Below, piece by piece: positions 1 to 13,049 of a stretch of 64,000 nt of DNA. The position numbers were made by a program, and so were the translations under genes. This stretch comes from Octopus vulgaris (lineage: Eukaryota), in NCBI GenBank assembly GCA_951406725.2, contig OX597824.1, forward strand, positions 33,852,001 to 33,916,000, given 5' to 3'. Position 1 is the first letter of the stretch. The number at the start of each line of letters is the position of its first letter. Below the pieces are notes generated by a model, which was given only the letters and a program-made list of their open reading frames with translations, ran no database searches and was not told the origin of the DNA.

Positions 1-279
1 ACAACTCCATTTTGTTATATATATATAATAATAAATGCAAAAACTAATTTCTGTGTGTCAGTGTGTCACACTTAGACCCCCTCTCTCACTATTCAGTGAC
101 ACTCCTACTATTCCACATGATAGGGTGAGAGTAATAGTAGGCATAGAGACAGTGAGGGAGGTGGCAAAGACAGACAGAGAGAAAGAAAGAAAAAGAGAGA
201 GAGAGAGAAAGAGAGACAGAAATTTAGGGAGAGTTGATGATGTTGATGGTGGCAGTGGAAGTAATAGTAAATTAAAAAC

Positions 280-650
280 ATTCCGGACCAAATCTGGACC
301 CACAATCCTGAAATTTTGGATTCCCAAGTTTTCATTACTGTATTTGTTTTTGGTAAATTTTTTTTTTATATGACTTTTTGTGACAAATCTTTTTGTACAA
401 TAACGGAAATGAGGTAAAGGATGACTCATCCGAGAAAATAACAAAGAAGTGGTTTTCTGATTGCAGCTCTCCCATGAAATCTGGCTTTGTGCAGCTCCTG
501 ACGAAAAGTTTTTGTGGAAACTGGGTTCTCAAGGTGGTCATTAAGCTCTGCAGTAATTTTGGGAGCTGTACTTTTGTGATCCTGTCTAACAATTCGTGTA
601 AGAGTCCGACGGTCCCGATTTTAAGGCATTTCCATTATTTTATCCAACCC
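280..650 (-). mobile_element. Possible Tc1-like transposase remnant
   Basis: The minus-strand ORF contains VIFSDESSF, the first-aspartate motif of Tc1 DDE transposases. TIRs not established. Confidence 0.4.
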
Positions 651-859
651 CTATATATATATATATATATATACACACTAGTGACCGAGACCTTTGGAAA
701 TATGCTGTGCAGGAGAAGACCTGGCAAGCCAAGTGAGACCATAACCTGTGACCTATGCCAGGGGTGTAACCAGCCCACTTATGTGTAACTTTCCTTCATT
801 GGACACTAAACTCTGCTTGCAAAGACCTGTTGAGGCAATCGAAATCAAAATCAAATTTG

Positions 860-1317
860 ATGACTGGCATCTATGCTAGTGGAGTGCTAAGAGCACCATC
901 TGAGCATGATCATTGCCAGAGCAGCTGACTGGCTTCCATGCTGGTTGCACGTAAAAAGCACCATTCAAACATGATCATTACCAGCATTGCCTCACTGGCA
1001 CTTGTGCCGGTGGCATGTGAAAAAACATTCAAGTGAGGCCGTTGCCTGTGCCACTGGACTGGCTCCTGTGCAGGTGGTACATAAAAAACACCATTTGAAC
1101 GTGACCGTTGCCAGTACCACCTGACTGGCCCTCGTGCCAGTGACACGTAACAGCACCCACTATACTCTCGGAGTAGTTGGCCTTAGGAAGGGCATCAAGC
1201 AATAGAAACTCTGCCAGATCAGATTGGAGCCTGGTGCAGCCATCTGGTTCGCCAGTCCTCAGTCAAATCGTCCAACCCATGCCAGCATAGAAAGCGGACG
1301 TTAAGCGATGATGATGA
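860..1317 (+). mobile_element. Repeat family C (internal ~60-bp tandem units, GAT-repeat tail)
   Basis: Units gccag..ctggc-cgtgccggtggcacg-taaaaagcacc. Tail ccaacccatgccagcat..gacgttaa-(GAT)n. Copies at about 9545, 44545, 46020, 46315 and 59575. Confidence 0.75.
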
Positions 1318-1463
1318 TATATACATATAGTTATGGTATATTCTTTTAAGAACATAGTACAGTATAAAGCTCGTCTTCTTTCAGATTTAGCCTGTACTAT
1401 CCAGTAGCAGTATTACATGTACTTCCAGGTTTGCATTTGGGCATCTGTCGTGTGTGAATAGAT

Positions 1464-1644
1464 AATTGAAAAAATTGGAGTCAACAAGAAGGGGGTATAC
1501 TTGATATTTATTTTTTAATTGCTACAATTGTTTCTACACAGCATACCCACAACTGGAGAACTACATTTGCGTGGAAACAATTGTGGTGATTAAACAATAA
1601 ATGTCCAACCATAGCCCTTCTTGCTGACTCCAATGTTTACAATT
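1464..1644. repeat. Degenerate inverted repeat
   Basis: Arms ttggagtcaacaagaaggg...acaattgtttc and gaaacaattgt...cccttcttgctgactccaa. Confidence 0.7.
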
Positions 1645-2519
1645 CTCTGCAATATATTTGTGAAAAGGGCGGACGTTGTCTCACAAGCAGTTGTGCAGGC
1701 AAAAGTGTTAGTAAATGTGGTCAGATTGACCTGAAAATTTTCACACCTATGTTAAAAGTGCTGGGAAGTTTGCATGGCAACTTTGAGTTTGCTCAATTGA
1801 AAGGCGTGGCATCTAGGGTAAAATTCCTCATCTTTAAAATGTGGCCTGAGTAGACTCGAATGAAATCAGGTTATAATATTACTAATATATATATAAAGTG
1901 CACTTCTCGCACACGATAATAATTGCAAATGGGAGATAACTCCTGCTACCCTAGCTCCGAGACAATCAGATCTGTATTGGATACTTGTTTGCCAGGCATG
2001 GCAGCAGTTTAACCTCGCTTGCAACTTTTCTTTTATCTTTTATGCGTTTCAGCCCAATAGGTTGAAAGGTAAAGTTGACCTCAGCAGGATCTGAACTCAG
2101 AATGTAAAAAGCCAGAAGAAATGGCTCTAAGCTTTTTGTCCATTGTGCTAACAATTCTGCTTTATTTATAATTCTTTCTACTATAGGCACAAGGCCTGAA
2201 ATTTTGGGGGAGGTAATTAATCTATTACATTGACCCCACTGAATGTAAAGATGGACAGAATGCTGCCTAGCACTTTGTTCGGCATGCTAATGATCCTGCC
2301 AGCTCACCTTAGACATACATATATGTATATATATTAAGAAGAAGGAGGCAGTCAGAATTTTGGATGATCCTTTATTAGCACTTTCGTCTGATACATATAT
2401 ATAAGCAAACAGAAGACAGACTGACAGACAAACAGACAGGCAGGCAAGCAGGCAGATGGGTAGGTTGGTAGGAAGACAGAGAGACAGGCAGACTGACAGA
2501 TAGGTATATATATAGATAA

Positions 2520-2539
2520 AAGATATATACATATATACA

Positions 2540-2594
<55 letters not shown>

Positions 2595-2600
2595 TATATA
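2520..2600. repeat. (TA)n microsatellite
   Basis: Seen directly. Similar tracts at about 6781-6850, 35118-35163 and 60258-60298. (GA)n at 55880-55925, (GAT)n at 8920-9005, (AAT)n at 48095-48150. Confidence 0.95.
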
Positions 2601-2660
2601 AAATAAATGCTAATTATTTAATAATAACAATCATGAATCTTTATGTGCAGTAATATTTAC

Positions 2661-2796
2661 CTGAAATTCTGTTATATCTTGAACACACTTCTCTCTTTCT
2701 TTCAAATTTCGTAGTGGTGGAACAACATTCAAAAATGTGGTGAGTAGATCTAAGTGCTTGCCAGTGACACTGGAAACTGAAAATATCGGTATTATG
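2661..2796 (-). CDS. GTPBP2: GTPBP2 exon 8 (gene continues left of the window)
   Basis: IIPIFSVSSVTGKHLDLLTTFLNVVPPLRNLKEREKCVQDITEFQ then GT, 136 nt. The downstream beta-barrel exons were not found in 1-2660. Confidence 0.93.
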
Positions 2797-4116
2797 CTGG
2801 AAATAAAAATGATTAAGAAATTGTGAATTATTTGACCAACATTTGCTAAACCAAATTTTTTAATTCTTCTTTTTCCAACGGAAAAAGTTAAGGCAAAAAT
2901 CATTAGAAGGAAATGAGTTATATAGTGGTGATGAAATAAGAATTTATTTGTCATGCTGTTGGGTTGTTTGACCTCAAGAATATAATACAAGCGGTCAGGT
3001 TCTGAAGAAAGCAAGATTATCTCCTCAGATATTTTAAGTTTTTGTACCAAAGAAGTTCATTGATAAACTTAGCATTTATTGGTAATAGTTGTTGTTAGTA
3101 CAAAAAGGCACAAGATATTTGCTAAGACAATGGTATGACATTGTATTATCAGAGAGCAGAAACCAGACTGATGATGCATGAAGCTCTAATGTTCATAAAT
3201 GCTTCTTTTATATCTAAATTAGCAAATTATTAAAACAGCAATGATTAAAATAGCAATGATTAAATTAGCAAATGAAAATTGTTAAATGAATATATTTATC
3301 AAAATTACAGCAAAAGATATAAATATTTTGTTTTAGTGCTTCCAAATTAAACATGGATAATAAACCACTACACTAAATTATCTTCTGTTTGGTTAAAATA
3401 ATGTTTTTTTTTTAGTTCTGTATTTAAAAAAATGTTCCAATGAAGAGCTTGAAAAATGCCATTTGATGAAAGGAAGTGTTGAGTTATAAAAGGGTAAGAA
3501 TGACCGGTATATGACTAATGCAGAAATCACTCCTCCACTATTTGGCTAATGTCTTTTAATTGAAGGTGCATGGCTTAGTCACTGGGTATTTGGCTCTCAA
3601 TCATACAGTTGTGAGTTCTTGGCAGCATGACATGTCCTGGAGCAAGACACTTTATTTCACATAGCTTCAGTCCACTCAGCTGGCAAAAATGAGTAGCAAC
3701 TGTATTTCAAAGGACCAGTCTTGTCGCATTCTATGTCACACTGAATCTCCCTGAGAACTACATTAAGGTTAGACATGTCTGATGAGTGCTCAGCCATTTG
3801 CACATTAATTTCATGAGTAAGCTGTTCTGTTGATCAGATAAACTGGAACACTCATCATTGTAACTAATGAAGTGCCAGATTTTTTTTGTTTTGTTTTTAA
3901 TGTCTTAAAATACTCAGTTCCACTTTGAGCCTCATTTGTCGCGCTATGTCCTTTATACAGGTAGAACATACCAGTCTTGCCTCATTTCTTTTCACATCAT
4001 TGACCTTTCATTGTTAATGCATCCTGATTCACACAAACACATTATTTTTACTGAATATCACACAGGTTAGTCAAAGTAGAAGTACTTGAGAGAGGAGTGA
4101 GGTGTGAGAGATATCA

Positions 4117-4343
4117 TTAACCCTTTAGTATTTAAACCAGCCACGCCCAGTCGAAATATTCTACCTATTTTATGCTCAAACTAACCAGATCTGAGCTCTC
4201 ACACTTACCCTACAATGTCATTCTGAAAATAAACAATAATATCATTGAAATTTCGAAGCTATAAAGTAATGCATGCTTAATTCAAAATATGTGAACAAAT
4301 AAGCTTTACATTTGATAGAGTAATCTGAATGCTAAAGGATTAA
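4117..4343. mobile_element. piggyBac-like MITE (TTAA), copy 1
   Basis: TTAA-ccctttagtattt...aatgctaaagga-TTAA. Confidence 0.65.
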
Positions 4344-4618
4344 AGCAGTACTGTGGGTTTATTAATATGTGTTATGGTACCTAAGGGGGCAAGCTGGCAG
4401 AATTGTTAGCATGCTAAGTAAAATGCTTAGCAGAATTTCATCAGACTTTACATTCTGGGTTCAAATTCTGCCAAGATCGACTTTGCCTTTCATCCTTTCA
4501 GAGTCAATAAAATAAGTACCAGTTGAATATTGGGGTCGATGTATTTAACTTAACCCCCTCCCTCGAAATTGCTAGCCTTGTGCCAAAATTTGAAACCAAT
4601 ATGCGTCATGGTACCTAC

Positions 4619-4835
4619 CTTTGAGAATCAAAATTAGTTGCAGCAGTAATGGCATCATCTTCACTGCTCACTCGGAATGGTACTTTGTTGCAGCTGGGAG
4701 ATTTGAGGATTTTTTCCAGTTGTTGAATGGTTTTTTCAATAAGAGATTCAGGACACATATCAATCTTACTGACCACTACAAAAACTGGTACGTCAAGGGC
4801 ACGGGCAAAACCCAAATGTTCTTTGGTTGTACCAG
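4619..4835 (-). CDS. GTPBP2: GTPBP2 exon 7
   Basis: AGTTKEHLGFARALDVPVFVVVSKIDMC..., with G4-like SKID, 217 nt. Confidence 0.95.
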
Positions 4836-5330
4836 CTGAAATTATAAGAAAATATAGCAAAACACATCAATATCATCATATCACCATCTTCACCGTCATC
4901 ATCATCATCACCATCATCATTATTATTACTATCGTGACTGACACCATAATCATCAGCATTATCATCACCATCATCACTATACTCCATCCATTCTTGTACA
5001 ATATTTATATCAATAGATCCTAACATGAAGCCTACAAAACAATCCCAAGAATATGTTCTATGGTATTGTTAGGGTGGATGGTTTACTATTTTTAATTATG
5101 ATATTCTATGAATTTTTCTTGCAGCTGAAGGAATGCTGGTTTTAGTCTCATGTGGCCTCAAATACAATTCCTGCTGGAGAATCAATACTTTAAAAAATAA
5201 ATCTTTATATTGTCCAGTATTTCAATTGCCTTTTGATGAAACAGTTTTGTGATGAAGATGTGTCTCTTGAGAAGCTGTTGACTTAGTTAAGAAATCAAAT
5301 GTTTGTGCCACAAAGCTTGAGACTAGTAAG

Positions 5331-5556
5331 TTAACCCTTTAACATTTAAACCAACCATAACAGGCCCAAATATTCTGTTTTAAGTTAAAACTGGCCAATC
5401 CAGCCTCTCATACCAACCCTACAATGTCAGTCTAAAACCAGACGCAGCCACATCCTCAAAATTTCAAAGCTATGAGATAATGCATGATTAATTCAGGGGA
5501 ATGTGAATAAATAGGCATTTATATTTGACAGAGTAATTTGAATGCTAAAGGGTTAA
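5331..5556. mobile_element. piggyBac-like MITE (TTAA), copy 2
   Basis: TTAA-ccctttaacattt...aatgctaaaggg-TTAA, homologous to 4117-4343. A third, partial inverted copy ends near 7198. Confidence 0.7.
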
Positions 5557-6351
5557 ACTGAACACCATGGATGACTGAATACCCAACCATTAGGATGCAC
5601 ATGATTGCTGAATTCCAGCTGGCCAGGAAGTTGAAATATGCTAAGAATGAGATCCATTTATGGAATGTGACACTGAGCTGTCAGAACTGTCAACAAAACC
5701 TGAAACTGAGAGGGAAGACTTTTTCACTGAATGCAGCAAGATATCAACAGAGGTTAGTATTAGATCTGTGAGATGAGACAAACTACTTCATTGAAATTTA
5801 CTTTATTACATAGACCTTGAAGAATAAATTTCTAAGGATAAAAATTGACTGGACACATGAAAAAAAAAAAAAAAAACACAAAGTAATTCAGAAAGAGTAC
5901 AAAATATATTGGTACTGCCATTTTAGCACCACTGATTAGGGCATTGCTAATTCAATGCTGATTTATTTCACATCTCTCTCTCTCTATCTCTCTATCTATC
6001 TATCTATCTATCTTATTTTCTCTCATTCTTTCTCACTATCTCTCTCATTACATCTCTTCTTTTCTCATTATCTCTCTCTCTTTCTCTTTCTATGTGTGAG
6101 CATATCGTTATGTTTATATGTATGTATAATGTGTGTGTGTCTCTCTCTATTTCTCTCCCACACACTCACCCTGGCTGTAACGTGTATACTTATATGCATA
6201 TGTTGTGTGTGGGGGGTACATGTTTGCTGCCAGGGGGCCAAAAATACAGTCCCCAAATTTAATGTCCTGCCAGTTGTGCCAAATCATCAGCCCCCTGCAC
6301 ACAATGTCACAGTCCAGTTAAGAAAAAATGTAAACAAAAAAACTAACTTAC

Positions 6352-6526
6352 CCATTCCAGTATTTGCACTGACCACAAGCATTGCACAGTCAGGACAATA
6401 ACCAGTTAAACCAAAAATAGTTGTCTTCAAATATTTTTGGTGTCCAGCAAGATCAATCAGAGTAATTAGTTTTGTTGAGTTTTCACAGATTTCTTCAACT
6501 GTTCTGGCTTCTTTGTAATTAACAAC
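6352..6526 (-). CDS. GTPBP2: GTPBP2 exon 6
   Basis: [58 protein letters not shown], with G3 motif DLAG, 175 nt. Confidence 0.96.
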
Positions 6527-6796
6527 CTGCAAAAGACATGCACCAGCTTCCTTCATTTCTTCATTACATGAATTATTTTTGACTAAAAGCCAAAAATGTA
6601 TCATATGTAAAAGTAGATTAACACTGAACATGAGAAAAGAAATATAAGTTTTTCTCAAAAATGCTAAGAGTAAAAGATGTTTTATATGACACATTCTACC
6701 AGTGTCCGAAGTTTGAAAGTGTTTAGTTACAAAAAATTATTTTTTAAATCTGTCGGTCAAAAGGTAAAGATCAGGAAATTTTATATATATATATAA

Positions 6797-6856
<60 letters not shown>

Positions 6857-7589
6857 TACTAGTAGAAGTAACAGAATAATTCAAGGCCTGAGAGTTTCGT
6901 GCATTGGCACTTACAAAAAAATGTTGACCTATATATATATATATAGATAAAACAGAAAATTTGAAATTTTCTGGTATTATTTATTCACCATTACAAATGT
7001 TTCATTTGCTAATAGGAATTACAAAGTTTTGAATTTAATCAAGTGCTATTGCATATCTTCAATATTCTGACAGCGTGATAATTTATTTTTAGAAAGACAT
7101 AGTAGGGTAGGTGGATGAAGCCAGATCTAGTCAGTTTGAACTTAAATCAGGCAGAATAATTGGAACAGATATGGCTGATTTAAATGCTAAAGGGTTAAAG
7201 AAAAGAAAGGTGGAAATTCCTCTGATCTGAAAACTTTTGAAGGAAATGAAGACCTGTTTTTCGGGGGGGGGGGTTCAATCTTGTAACAGGAGATGAAATA
7301 TAGCTGTATATTTATGATCCAGAAATGAAGGTTCAGCCCATGGAATGGCATCATGCCTTTTTCCAAGATCTAAGAAATACAAGAGCCATTGACTGACAAA
7401 AACAGATAAAAGATTACAGGAGTTTTATGAGAGGCTGTTTAAGCTGACACAAATCAATATTTATTTGAATAATTTGATCAATTAAAAGTAATAATAACTA
7501 CTCATAATAATAATTTATTAGAGGCTATTTAAGTTGATACAAACAATATTTGGATAATTTGATTAATTAAAAAAAGTAATTATAATTAC

Positions 7590-7787
7590 CTGGCCCATAT
7601 TATTGAATCCCAGGATATCATGACTGATGCTTGAGGTGCGACCAGATTGAATTTCATGTAAATGCCTGAATAAATTTAATCGAGCACGTCCTTGACCATT
7701 GTCGAGTTCTCCTTGAGTTAGGACTCCAAGTAATGTACTTTTGCCAGCATCAACATTACCAAGAACTGCGAGGCGTAAGTCAATGAA
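7590..7787 (-). CDS. GTPBP2: GTPBP2 exon 5 (P-loop)
   Basis: [55 protein letters not shown]: translation-factor-like G1/G2 motifs, 198 nt. Confidence 0.97.
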
Positions 7788-9186
7788 CTGCACAATAAAA
7801 AATATATTAATATTCTTAACATTAAAGGCACAGGCATGGCTGTGTGGTAAAAAGCTTGCTTCCCAATCACATAGACTCTCATCACCTGGCACAAAGTCAT
7901 TTCCTTCAATACTACTATTCCCCACTTTCAGTTGAGGCTAGGTTTTGTCTTGAATGTTACTTGATGACCTCACTAATGTTGGTGCCACATAAAAAGTGCT
8001 CAATGTACTGTAAAGTGGTTGGCATTAGGAAGGGCATCGAGCTGTAGAAATCATGTCAAAACAGAAAATGGAGCCAGGTACAGCCTTTTGGTTCACCAGT
8101 TCCTATCCAACTTGGAAGACAATTGTTAAATGGTAATGATGATAATGGTGTTATAATCTATTATAAAAATAATGAGACAACTTCTACTGAGTCTCTCAAT
8201 ATACTGGAAATAGCAGCTAAATCTGCTTCCTATTATACACAAACATATTAAAAATGGAAGAACGATATAGTTCTTGATATCCAAAAAGTTGTGGTAGTCA
8301 CTGAATCACTGCAGCAATACTTTTTATCAGAAGCCAGATTGATGATGACTAAGCATCATAAATAACAACACTAATCTAATTCAACACAAACACAATTTTA
8401 TAAGTGAAGATAACATAATCAAATGAATCAACATATGGGTTTCAAATTTTGGCACAAGGCCAGCAATTTCGAGGAGGGTGTAAGTCAAATTCATCAACTC
8501 CAGTGTTCAGCTGGTACCTATTTTATTGACCCTGAAAGGATGAAAGGCAAAGTTGACCCTGGCAGTATTTGAACTCAGAACATAAAGTCAAAAGAAATGC
8601 TGCTAAGCATGGTAATAACTCTGCCAGCTGGCTGCCTTAAATCAGCTGTAGTATTTTGATAATTGAACACAAACACACTGAACTAAATAGCACAAAGCAA
8701 CGAGACAAACTTACTTTTGCTTAAGCTAGTCACTCCCTTTGGAGCATAGGCCGTCAACAACATTTTTTTCCCCACTATTCTCAAGTATGGGCTGTCTTTT
8801 CCGCTCCCAGGTTTGTGTTGGTTTTGAATTATCATCGACACTTCTGTAAATATGCTTTTTCTAGTTACCTGCTCTGATCAAACTGTCCAACCCATGCCAG
8901 CATGAAAACAGACGTTAAATGATGATAATGATAATGGTGATGATGACAATGATGATGATGGTGATGACAATGATGATGATGATGATGATGATGACAATGA
9001 TGATGTTGGCCCTAAGGAAACCCACTTTTACCTCTGGGAAGAGTTGATCCATATTAGTCTGGCCTCTATTCTTTCACCTATCCAGCATGGGAGGCCCTAC
9101 CAGGTGCTTGCTCTCTGCTGGCATAGCTCTCAGGGTCACAAGCCACCACATCACAACAAAGACTGTACATCATAGTGGATCTAGAC

Positions 9187-9508
9187 CAGGTTTTCTCAAT
9201 CATTATTTTATCTATCGACCCATTTGATAACTATTTTATTCGGATGGACCCCCCTAGCCATTCAATGTTTAAAAACTAGTTTCATAGAAACTTCTTTCAA
9301 AGTTCCCCTTTTGTTATTCATGAATTAACTTGTGTAGGTTGAACTATGTAAAACATTTGAGAAAGAAACTTAACTGTTTTTTGCAATACATACCAATACA
9401 TACATCTAAAGCAAAATTTTTTCAGGGGCCCTTAAAATATTATTGTGGTCCCCAAAAAATCTTATATGTAGCCACAGGGGCCATATGGACTACGACTGAG
9501 AACCACTA
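9187..9508. mobile_element. hAT (Charlie-like) MITE
   Basis: TIRs caggttttctcaa and tgagaaccacta. 8-bp TSD atctagac/atctagat (NTCTAGAN type). Confidence 0.7.
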
Positions 9509-9901
9509 ATCTAGATTAGCTCATGGCTATCAAATTTACCCATGGCACCATTTGAGCGTGATCGTTACCAACGTCACTTCACTGGCACCTGTGCCGGTAG
9601 CACATGTAAAAAGATTTGAGCGAGGTCATTGCCAGTACCGCCTGACTGGCCCCTGTGCCAGTGGCACATAAAAAGCACCCAATACGCTCTCGGAGTGGTT
9701 GGCGTTAGGAAGGGCATCCAGCTGTAGAAACTCTGCCAGATCAAGATTGGAGCCTGGTGCAGCCATCTGGTTCACCAGCTCTCAGTCAAAATCATCCAAC
9801 CCATGCTAGCATGGAAAGCAGACGCTAAACGATGATGATGACAGCATTAACAAATAGAACTTTAAAAAAACACATCTTTGTTAGAAATTTTTGTCTCATA
9901 C

Positions 9902-10001
9902 CTGTTGATCATCAGGAACCTTTCGTACAAGAATCTGTAGAGCTTTTCTGGAATCTGTATCAACAGCTCGTTCTCTCAAGATGGTAATAGTAGCACCAAG
10001 T
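9902..10001 (-). CDS. GTPBP2: GTPBP2 exon 4
   Basis: LGATITILRERAVDTDSRKALQILVRKVPDDQQ, 100 nt, phase-compatible with both neighbours. Confidence 0.93.
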
Positions 10002-10640
10002 CTAACAAAAGACATTAAAAGACATAATTTCTAAAGAAATAGTTTTACAATATTTTGATACAATAAGAGAAAATATCAGCAGCTGTATAGTTTTAGAATT
10101 TAGAGAAAAATTATTCCATCTAAAGGAGAGTTTCAGGAAAATTACTTTGAAAAATATTAATACAGTACACTGCTGTTTTAAATGGATAATAATAGATTCA
10201 TCATTAACCAGAATTTATTTTATGTCTAGAGAGTATATACATCTTAGAGAAAAAGAAAGAAAAAATGAGGGTAAAGCAACAGAAGATAGAGTGATGGGAG
10301 GGCAATGGACCATACATCTCAGGACAAATGGTGTGCTCAGCTCTGCTGGCCACTAGCACTCCATTAGCATGGATGCCAGTTATCGAATTTGATTTCAATT
10401 TTGATTTCACTTGCCTCGACAGGTCTTCGCAAGCAGAATTTAGTGTCCAATAAAGGAAAGGTACGCATAGGTGGGCTGGTTACACAATGTGTACATTTAA
10501 AATTAATGATGCAGGAGAAAATATAGCAACAGATTTTGTTACTAAAAGAGAATAAGTTTATGAGATTTTGACATAGTTTGATTCGGTAAACTGTTTGGAA
10601 GATGGCACAGCTTGAAAAAAAAACAAAAAAACTAACTTAC

Positions 10641-10825
10641 TTTTTGGCCATCTTCCTCAAAGTATTCAGAGAAGCTTCAAGTTCTAATTTTGGTAAACCA
10701 GCCAAAATTCCACTGTCTTCTACACCTATCTCGTATATAGCTTCTCCTTCTCCTTCTTGAAGCCGCCATTTCATTTGCGTCACCAGGTGTTCAAACCTTG
10801 AAGGTGATGGATCAACTAATTTCAA
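10641..10825 (-). CDS. GTPBP2: GTPBP2 exon 3
   Basis: LKLVDPSPSRFEHLVTQMKWRLQEGEGEAIYEIGVEDSG... AG/GT bounded, 185 nt, ends phase 2. Confidence 0.95.
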
Positions 10826-10949
10826 CTGCAGAATACAATAAAATAAAACATTTTCAATTGATAAAGGAAAGCAGTAAAAAATATTTTGAATAAATGTGGT
10901 TTGGAAACTATAGCTTGACCAAAATAAAAAATATAACTTTACTTTTACT

Positions 10950-11162
10950 TTTTTTACTTTTTACTTGTTTCAGTCATGTGACTGTGGCCATGCTGGAGCA
11001 CCACTTTTAATCGAGCAAATCGACCCCAGGACTTATTCTTTGTAAGCCTAGTACTTATTCTATCAGTCTCTTTTGCCGAACTGCTAAGTTACGGGGACGT
11101 AAACACACCAGCATCGATTGTCAAGCGATGTTGGGGGGACAAACGCAGACACACGAACATAT

Positions 11163-11200
<38 letters not shown>

Positions 11201-11272
11201 GACGGGCTTCTTTCAGTTTCCGTCAACCAAATCCACTCACAAGGCTTTGGTCGGCCCAAGGCTATAGTAGAA
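10950..11272 (-). mobile_element. SINE family A (5'-truncated)
   Basis: Reverse-complement homology to 27650-28055. Confidence 0.85.
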
Positions 11273-11544
11273 GAAAAGGCTTCTCTAAAAGCTAACATCA
11301 CACATTCACAGAAATTGATTAAATTTTCTTTAATCACTACACTATCAACTAATTAAAATTTTATGGCTCTATGCTATCAACTTGTTAAAATTTTCAAGCT
11401 TAGTCCTTTATCTGGTTCCATTCTTCATGCCTACATCAACAGTCAACTCCATTTGAAATAATATTTTAAATATTGGTTTGGCAGAAAGAAGTAGGCCAAT
11501 GGCCTTCACAAAGCCTCCAAGACTAGTGAGAGTGATACTTATTT

Positions 11545-11772
11545 CTTTACTACCCACAAGGGGCTAAACACAGAGGGGACAAACAAGGACAGACAAACGG
11601 ATTAAGTCGATTATATCGACCTCAGTGCGTAACTGGTACTTATTTAATCGACCCCCAAAAGGATGAAAGGCAAAGTCGACCTCAGCGGAATTTGAACTCA
11701 GAATGTAGCGGCAGATGAAATACCACTGAGCATTTCGCCCGGCGTGATATCGTTTCTGCCAGCTCGCCGCTT
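11545..11772 (-). mobile_element. tRNA-derived SINE family B (Nin-domain-like centre)
   Basis: Head ggcgagctggcagaaacg, B box gagttcaaattc, centre gtcgactttgcctttcatcc...gtcgat...aagtacca. Other copies near 4385, 8440, 50620 and 60975. Confidence 0.8.
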
Positions 11773-12577
11773 TAGTGAGAATGATACCATTAATGGTCTG
11801 CTTGAACTGTCTGCAAGTCAATGACAGCTAGAAAAATATACATGCCTTTACATCATCCAGGAATGAAAACATTCAAATTACATTAAATACTTCCATCATT
11901 ACAAATCATTTTTGATGAAGGAACTCGAAGTAGATAAAGCTATAAAGAACAGCATGAAAATACTGAGTTAAAAAAATCCCTTGCTTGGAAAAGTTGAAAG
12001 TTTCCCATGGAACTTGAGCCCACAACTTCTGCAAACATGACAGATGTTCTAGCATTGGACCAAAGCAATATTTACATGATTTCATTTATAGCTTCACCTG
12101 CTTTGTGTTCCATCATTAAAACAATTTACTTCATGTCTAAATTCTTATGACATAAACAACATCAAATTAAATGTTTTTGTGATGCCATCCTCATGCTAAT
12201 CAAACAGTTACATGACTGACAATATATCTACAGTACCAGCAAAGAACACAGTATTTGTTGAAATCCAGTATTCCACCCCCACCCACCCCATTGGTAAGTA
12301 TCAAAGGAAACTCATGATACCTGCTATTACAAAGATCTCAACTCAATAGTAGACATCCATCCTTTTTCCAATATAATACAAAGAAAAATCCACCTTGCGA
12401 GAAAATAGGTGTTGCTTTAGTGTGAATGCCTTAAATATTTAGAGGACAATTACAGATGTTTATACTTAATTTTGTAACAAAGCTGCAAAGTTCAAATACG
12501 GTTTATTTAAACCATTTCATCCATAACTCATTCATACTAGATAATATCAAGTTATACTGATTGTATATCATACTCAC

Positions 12578-12604
12578 CTTGTACTCGATATTGCCTTCTT
12601 CGAC
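12578..12604 (-). CDS. GTPBP2: GTPBP2 exon 2 (27-nt microexon)
   Basis: ttctag|GTCGAAGAAGGCAATATCGAGTACAAG|gtgagt encodes VEEGNIEYK. Confidence 0.92.
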
Positions 12605-13012
12605 CTAGAATGGAGAAAGACAATTATATTTTCAATCACCATCATCATCATCATCCTTATCATCATCATCATTATCATTATCATTATCATTATCATCATC
12701 ATCATCATCATTAACATTTAATGTCCAGTTTCCATACTGGTATGGGTTGGATGGTTCAACAGGAGCTGGCAACCAGGGAGCTGCAACAAACTCCAATTGT
12801 CTATTTTGGTATGGTTTCTATGGCTGGATGCCCTTCCTAATGCTAACTGCTTTATAGGGTGTGCTGGGTGTTTCTTATGTGACACCAATACAGGTACTTT
12901 TCATGTGGCACCAGCACAGGTACCTTTCACATGACACCAGCACAGGTGCTTTTTATGTAGTAGCAGTGCCAGCAGAGTCACCAAGTAACTTGCAAGAAAA
13001 AGACCTCTTAGT

Positions 13013-13049
<37 letters not shown>

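Noticed and set aside
35-444. Overlapping 112- and 128-aa ORFs as the next GTPBP2 exon
   Set aside because: They are translations of (GA)n/(CT)n low-complexity sequence, with no VDEIY/VGTVVGG motif.
6882-6915. Partial hammerhead (GTGC-caat-GCAC-GAAAC on the minus strand)
   Set aside because: The CUGANGA box and stem I are missing, so it is too fragmentary to call.
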